A DNA stretch of 64,000 nt from Vicugna vicugna (Eukaryota). Both the position numbers and the translations under genes were made by a program. How positions within the stretch are numbered: position 1 is the first letter of the stretch; every line of letters begins with the position of its first letter. The notes under the pieces were generated by a model. That model did no database searches, was not told the origin of the DNA, and was given only the letters and a program-made list of their open reading frames with translations. Shown piece after piece: positions 57,831-64,000 of this stretch. The stretch is taken from positions 62,001 through 126,000 of the forward strand of contig MU060807.1 of assembly GCA_013265495.1 (NCBI GenBank), read 5' to 3'.

Positions 57831-59606
57831 TTGACAGGAAGTAGGGTCCCCCTTGTAGGTGGGAGGGGATTAACCAAGTTAACGTCTGCGGAGCAGGGAG
57901 TACCATGTGCTCATATGTGCCGACTTTATTTTCATGTCACAGCTGTCCCTCGATGTCCTGTCTCACAGCTGCCTCCTGCCCGCCTAGAGCCCTCCAGACC
58001 CAGGCACTCAGGACCCCAAACACACGCCGGGTCCCCCGACTGGGTCGCAGGCGCCCCTGACAGTCTGGGCTCCGGGCTGCAGCCCCTGAACCATATATTG
58101 AGGGTGACTGGCAGCTGTCACTCTGCCAGAACGGGACCCAGGGAAGCGGGCACTGGGGAGAGGTGTGGGTGGGGTGGGAAGGCAGCAGATAGGAGAGGAG
58201 CCCCCCTTTCTCGGGGCTATGGAGGAGGTGGGGAAGGGGGCACTGGGAAGATGTAAGTTAGTGAAGGTTCCAATCAATTATTTATCAGTTCATTGATCTC
58301 CGGAGGCTGCTGACAGCGCCCTCGCCCTCACCCTCGCCCCCCCACACTCTCCCCCCCGCCCCGGCTCTCCACCCTCCTGCTCTCCCGGGCTCCCTGCCCT
58401 GCCTCCCCCATCCTGGTCCTCGACACCCTGGAGCCCGGGTGCCCCTCTACCCCTGCACGAGGCACGAGGCTCCTGCCTCTCTGGCCCCTCTCCTCCCTCA
58501 TCCTGAGCCCACCCTTTCTCCCTCACAGCCCAGCTGGGAGCCAGGGACGTGGTCTGCGCATTGGCCGACTGGGTAATGGGGTTTCCCGGCTACTTGGGAG
58601 CAATGAGGCAGGACTCGCCAGCGAGGGGCGGGCCCCGTGAATGTGAGCGCGCGTGCACGTGCGTGTTTCCCTCCTCTTGTCAGGAGTGTGAACACTGCCC
58701 CGGCTTCTGCAGAGGGAGGGAGCAGACCTGGGGCCGTCATACGGAGGAGGAGGAGGACAAGACCTGCTCATTCGATGCCAAGGGTCCCCCAGGAGTGAGG
58801 GGTGTCGGCGCCATGACGGCAGAGGCTGACACCAGGCGGCTGGGGGGCAGGGCGGAGCTGGGCCCGGACTGAGACCTGGGGCCTCAGGCCTCCAGCTGGA
58901 AGGGAGATGGGCAGGCAGACGGTGCGCAGGGGCCAGGGCTGTCCAAGGCAGAACACCCAAGTCTTCTGCTCAATCTCCATTGCTCTCATGTGGCCAGTCC
59001 CCCGCACTCTAACAGGTGGTTCAACATCTGGCTAGTTGAATTTGCTCTCCCACTGGACATCAGACCCCCCACAAGGACAAGGGCTACCCACTGGAGCCCC
59101 GAGCCTGGGCCCCCCAGCCTCCCGATAAATAGTTTGGGGTGAATAAACAGTAACCAGCTGAAGGAAGGGCAGAGAGCAAGCCGGTGTGCTCGCTGGAAGG
59201 AGCACCTGTCCCGGGGGGAAGGTGGGCAGGATACAGACACTTAAACATGCGGAGGTCAAAACATGCGGAGGCCGATGGGGGCCGCACATGAGGTCCTAGC
59301 CTCCGTAGGGCGTCAGGAAAGCAGTGACAAGTCTCAGCCTGTCCATGTCTGGGCAAGGTCCTTCCACTCTGGGGGCTACTCCAGCAAGAGGAGGCACCTG
59401 TCCTTTAGGTGGTGGGGAAACTCTTTCCTGGGGACACCCTCAGAAGGCCATTGGGTGCCTCAACTAGTTGTTGGCTGCTGTGAGCCTGCCCTCAGGTGTG
59501 TCTATAGTGAGGGACAGCGAGTGGGGAAAGCCACCACCTGTTGCACCCCTGACACCACAAGGGACCCCAGTCCCTTTCCTCCAGGGCTGTTCTTTATGCC
59601 CAGTAT

Positions 59607-59724
59607 CAGTGGTTCTGGCTCTTCGCTGGAGGAGGTCTAGGGTGGGGCTGAGAATCTGTGATGCTGACCAGTTCCCAGGGGTGCCGATGCTGTGGGTCCT
59701 GGCTCCCCATTTGGAGAACCACTG
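59607..59724. mobile_element. MER5A, internally deleted
   Basis: Perfect 10-bp TIRs CAGTGGTTCT / AGAACCACTG; internal 'ggtctagggtggggctgagaatctg...gttcccagg'. Confidence 0.8.
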
Positions 59725-59989
59725 TCCTGGGGCATTGTTGGGCCCGACCAAGTGTCAGGGCTTCTAAGAGCCCCGGACTGGTTGGGGTCAGGGTCAAGGA
59801 GCATTTTCCCAGCAGGCCTTCCAGAGGACGGGGGGGATCTTTGGGACATCTCAGCGATCCTCAAGACAGAGGCCAGAACCCTGGGTGCCCCACTGACAGC
59901 ACCTCACCAGGGGCCACCGTGGGGGCCAAGTTGTGCCAGGCTCCCTGTCTGCATGGTCCACTCCAGCTGTCTTCCCTGCAGGCTGTGAA

Positions 59990-60045
59990 TCGTGTTCCCT
60001 CACACCTGCTTTACTGATGAGAAAACTGAAGCTTAGAAGTCCTCC
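59990..60045 (-). mobile_element. MIR core fragment
   Basis: ttttactgatgagaaaactgaagcttagaag. Confidence 0.55.
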
Positions 60046-60513
60046 TAAGGCAGGAGGAGGCGGGTGTGGCTGTAGCGGGTTGCCGGGTGGGGCGTTGTGG
60101 TGCTGATAGGATGCTCTGTGTCTGGACTGGACCCACGTCAGTCTCCTGGTGCAAAGGCTTCACAAGACGTCACTGGGGACGCTAGGTAGAGGGTACCCGG
60201 GATCACGCCCAGATATTTCTTACAGCTGTGTGTGAGTCCACAGTTATCTCAAAATATTTCATTTTTTTTAATTAGGTGTATTAAAAAGACAACAACAATG
60301 CTTTGCTGTACTCGGGCCTGACAAGTTCACACAAGGGTGTCTCACCCCAGACCTGGGCACCCCTGCAGCCCAGCGGTACCCCCTCCAGCTCTGAGCTGGT
60401 GCTCCAGGCTGAGGGTGCCCCCTCCTAGGGGGTCTGGAAAATGCTGCTGAAAGTACAGCGTCAAGACCACAGGGGCTTCTGGGGAGGGGGCAGTGTTGGG
60501 CCACAGCAGGGGT

Positions 60514-60542
60514 CTAACCAGCTTCGCACTCTCCCTCCGCAG
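60514..60542 (+). promoter_or_regulatory. Branch point, polypyrimidine tract and 3' splice site of the coding exon
   Basis: CTAAC at 60514-60518 (branch A about -26), pyrimidine tract cttcgcactctccctccgc, CAG. Confidence 0.8.
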
Positions 60543-60575
60543 GGCAATCAGGACGCCACGGCTCCACCTGAAGCG
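60543..60575 (+). other. RBFOX3: 5' part of the RBFOX3 first coding exon (33 nt upstream of ATG, open in frame: [11 protein letters not shown])
   Basis: Acceptor ctccctccgcAG at 60541-60542; GGC AAT CAG GAC GCC ACG GCT CCA CCT GAA GCG ATG; homologous to the GNQE... segment that is coding in RBFOX1/RBFOX2. Confidence 0.9.
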
Positions 60576-60797
60576 ATGGCCCAGCCCTACCCCCCAGCCC
60601 AGTACCCACCTCCGCCACAGAACGGCATCCCTGCCGAGTACGCCCCGCCCCCACCGCACCCCACGCCGGACTACTCGGGCCAGACCCCAGTCCCCCCGGA
60701 GCACGGCATGACCCTGTACACACCAGCACAGACCCACCCGGAGCAACCGAGCAGTGAGACCAGCACACAGCCCATTGCAGGGGCCCAGACAGTGCCG
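60576..60797 (+). CDS. RBFOX3: RBFOX3 (NeuN/Fox-3) first coding exon, codons 1-74 (partial CDS; continues downstream of window)
   Basis: Translates to [74 protein letters not shown], matching the recalled RBFOX3 N-terminus; 222 nt, phase-0 donor CCG|GTAAGG at 60797/60798. Confidence 0.97.
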
Positions 60798-62149
60798 GTA
60801 AGGGCCCCCCAGCCTCAGAACTTCAGGGGGAGCGCCCGAGGGGAAGGGACCAGGGGCCTGTGTGTGGAGAGGCAGCCCCGTAGTGGGGGCACCCCCACCC
60901 CTGGAAGGAGCTCCCAGCCTCCGAGCTCTTGACCATCCAACACCAAGGATCTTTCTGGTGAGCACCCCCACCCCTCGCCTCCCCAGGCCGCAACTTCAGG
61001 CCAACTCTTGCCGCGTCTGGGAGGTGGAGCGTGTCCTCGGCCGTCAGCGACCTGTTAATGGGAAGTGAGAGAAATGGCGAGGCCGCGGCCTGGGCTCGCC
61101 TGGTGTCACGGGGCGGGGGCGGGGGGCTGGCGGCAGTGAGGAGAGGCCCAGGCCCTGGAGCTGTCTCGAGTTGCAGGCATTCCTATCACTTCTAATCACT
61201 TGTAATCTACCTGCTTGGCTGCCCTCCAATCAGATAGCTTCAATTATGTGGTGGTAATGCAGCTCCAAGCAGAATGTGCTGAGCCCGGCACTTCTCCGTG
61301 ATTTCCTGATACCAAAGGCTCACGTCCAGGAGTGGTCGCAGCCCCAGCCCGACCTGGGGAAAGGTGGCCCCCCGGAGACCGGGCTGCTGCATCCCCCTCC
61401 CCAACCCCTCTGTCGCGTTCTCCGTGGGCCCACTCCCGGCTGAGCTCTGGGGCTATGGGCTTTTCCAGCCAGCCACGCTGGCTCCATCCCAGCGCTGGCT
61501 GGCGGGCACGAGGCAGGAGGCCAGCACACCCTGCACCGCCCAGGAGCGGCACCACCCCAGTGGCCTTCCGATGGGTGCCACCCTCCGTGTGCCCCCTCTG
61601 CCCCCTAATCCAGCCTGGGTCCCAGATATTGCATGGATCCCCATCTCACCTCCCCTCGCCATGTGGGCAGGATCATCCAAACTCTCTGGAGAGGGAGCCC
61701 ACCCAAGCTGCCCCCTGGGGTTGGACCAGACCCTCGTCTGGGGCCCAGCCAGTGCCTTTCTGCCTGCTCGGAGTGCTGCCCAGCCTGAGTCTGTGCCAAG
61801 CCATCAGATTTTCAATTCCCCCGGCGTTCCTGGTGCGAGGTGTCTGCCGTAGACACCCCCAGGGTTCCACCGACGGGAAAGGCAAGGCCACGGGCCTTAG
61901 AACTTCTGGATGCTGCCACTTCTGCTACCTCTCATTTCTCAAATCACAACCCGTGTGTGCTCAGAAAAGAGAGAGGGGAAGGCGGGAGCCGGGGGCCTCA
62001 CTGTGAACGGGCCGCCACCAGCCGGCCGGTCTCTTTGGGATGGACAACGGCAGACGGGGTATGTCTGGACAAACCTCCTGCCACCTCCCTGTGAACTACA
62101 ACTGAGCCCCAGGGGTTCGCCCTGAACGCAGACCCAGCAGATGAGCAGA

Positions 62150-62470
62150 CTCGCGGTCAACGCCGAGGCCAACAGCCGACACCCCCGCGGCAGGAACGGA
62201 GGCCTCCCATGGCAAACACAAAGGCGGGGGCCTGCTTGCGCCGCGCGGGCGCTGAGCCAGCACTGGGGGCGCGCGGGAGGAAGACCCGGCCCTGCCCCGC
62301 GGGGGCCGCCACTTCCCACCGGGCAGGGGCGGAAGAGCGGACGGGGTCAGTGCTGACCTCCGCCCCGTGCCTGCGAGAGTCCACGGCCCTGGAGAGGACC
62401 CGGGTCTCCCGGAGGGAATCCGACCAAGAGGCCAGAGTCTCCCTGCCCCGCCGAGCGCCTCCCAGGAAAG
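62150..62470. promoter_or_regulatory. Small intragenic CpG-rich patch
   Basis: Locally dense CpG (GCGCCGCGCGGGCG, GGGCGCGCGGG etc.) compared with flanks. Confidence 0.45.
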
Positions 62471-62663
62471 CCCCTGGGCCAGAGAGCCCCCCAGCCTGAG
62501 GACCTTCCTTTTCTCGGGCGGGCTGGGGTTTCTTCAGTCCTGTGAGGGGTTCCGGATCTGCTGCTCTTCTGTCGGGATACAGAGACGGAGGCCCCACAGG
62601 TGGAGGTTACTGGGTTACCAGGTGACCTCGAGGACACCCAGAGCCATGCAGCAAAGACTCGGG

Positions 62664-62682
62664 CCGCCACTAGAGGGCGTGA
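62664..62682 (+). promoter_or_regulatory. CTCF-like motif
   Basis: CCACTAGAGGGCG at 62667-62679 fits CCASYAGRKGGCR. Confidence 0.4.
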
Positions 62683-64000
62683 GTGCTCTGACCCGGAGTG
62701 TTCCTTCAAGCAGAGGCGGTCCACCTTGGTCGACTCTCAGATTCCCGGAGCCACCTCTACCTAGACAAACTCCTGGTACTCCGAGCCAGCAGGCAGTGCG
62801 GACTCCCAGCTTCGGCCCAGACCTGCCCTCTTCTGGCTGACGAGTCCATTTGTCATCACAGCGTCAACTACGTTCCTCTGTCAGAAGGCACCCGCCCCAC
62901 TGTGCAGGGCCCCCTGGGGTAAGGGACGGGGACCCCACCTCCCTGGAGCACGCAAACACTCAGGGTCCCGCAGGTCCCCTGCAGGGGTCCTCCCCACCCA
63001 GCTGTCCACCCTGCATCGTGGGACCTCCTCTCAGAAACTCCTGCCCCTGTCCCGCAACGTCCTCTGGGGCCACCTCATCTTTGCGCCGGGGGCCTCACAG
63101 GCCCTGCCCAGTGGCTGTGTCTCCTCCCCCACCGGCAAGTGCTGCAGCATCAGAAGCTCCACCTGAAGCAGTGGCCTTCGGCCCCCTGCGTTCTTGGCCC
63201 TGGGGGGTTAAGAAAACGGAAAGGAGCTGGCCCTTGTGGGAGCGCACCAGCCCAGGGTGAGCCTCAGCCGGGTGCCGCCCCCACGCAGGCGGGCTGAGCA
63301 GACAGCGCGGCCCAGCAGAGAGTTCCCAGAGCACAGTGTCCTGCGGAGTCCAGAGTGGACGCACAGCTCCGCCTGAGGTTCTGAAGAAGACTTGGTGCGT
63401 GGATGGCTCGAGGCCGCGTGCAGAGAACGCCTCCTGCAAGGGCCGGATCGCCGCCCACCAGGGGTGAACCACGTCCCGGCATGAGTGCCCGGGAGGTCTT
63501 GGAGGACCAAAGGTGAGGGGAGATGGGGCCGCAGAGAAGGGGCCTTTCCAAGAGCTGCTTTCTCCTGTGTGGCATCAGCCAGCCTGGCTCCATCCCCGTG
63601 ATGGCCACCGGGGCCTGACCTGCTGCCTGAGGCCCCACTGGCCCTCCTGGCCCCTGCCCGGGGCCCTCTGGCCTCTCCCTGTGCTGGGCTTGGGGAGGCC
63701 CAGGCAAGGATGCAGAATGCGAGGGTAGGAGATACACCGCCCCACCTACCAGGGGCTGGACTCCTGCCTTGAAAGGGGGTGGGGGCCCCTGACGGCGAAG
63801 GCGACACAGACTGGGGGACACGGAATGGGGGGGAGGTGTGTTGCTGCTGCTGTTTCTCTTCCCCCCGCGTTTGAGAGCGAAAGGCAGAGATGGCTTTAAG
63901 AAAAGGAAAAGGGAGCTCAGGTTCCTTGGAAGGCGGTGCAGGCTGCCGGGGCCTCCGCGATAAACGTGGGAAGGCCTCTGTCTCCCCTTGGACAGCCAGT

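Larger units (their letters stand above)
1..64000 (+). other. RBFOX3: RBFOX3 locus, 5' intronic region around the first coding exon
   Basis: Inferred from the RBFOX3 exon at 60543-60797 on + and absence of any other recognisable coding exon; RBFOX genes have very long 5' introns with alternative promoters. Confidence 0.85.

Noticed and set aside
63780-63830. Segment vaguely resembling the next RBFOX3 exon (QTDEAAQTD)
   Set aside because: Translation does not match and there is no acceptor; the next exon must lie beyond 64000
1-64000. TGCATG (RBFOX) motif enrichment as autoregulation signal
   Set aside because: About 19 sites counted by eye versus about 16 expected for a 6-mer in 64 kb; no global enrichment. 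The known autoregulated RRM exon is outside the window
1-64000. CRISPR arrays, tRNA/rRNA genes, prokaryotic operons or viral ORFs
   Set aside because: None seen; sequence is mammalian intronic DNA with no regularly spaced repeats or structured RNA gene hallmarks

Overview
GC-rich eutherian genomic DNA from the 5' part of RBFOX3 (NeuN, neuronal splicing regulator), gene on the + strand. No Alu, rodent B1/B2 or other lineage-specific SINE was recognised, so the species is not determined. Only one protein-coding exon is supported: 60543-60797 (AG acceptor, 33 nt in-frame leader [11 protein letters not shown], then ATG at 60576, [10 protein letters not shown]...AQTVP, donor GTAAGG). The RRM exons lie beyond the window. 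The rest is intron. It contains a large CpG island with promoter features at about 8.5-10.2 kb (two assembly gaps inside), smaller CpG-rich patches, short AT-rich homeodomain-motif islands, and ancient repeats (MIR, L2, L1M, MER5A/B, MER33, MER58A, an MLT1A-type solo LTR nested in a MIR). There are also microsatellites and six N gaps. The long ORFs in the track look like GC-content artefacts. No evidence of a new multi-gene system was found. The best leads are regulatory: candidate alternative first exons that could extend the RBFOX3 N-terminus in frame, a LINE2-derived REST/RE1-like site, candidate cassette/micro/recursive splice elements next to UG or CA repeats, and homeodomain-site clusters. 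Repeat family names and paralog sequences are recalled from memory, not searched, and repeat boundaries are approximate unless TSDs/TIRs are quoted.
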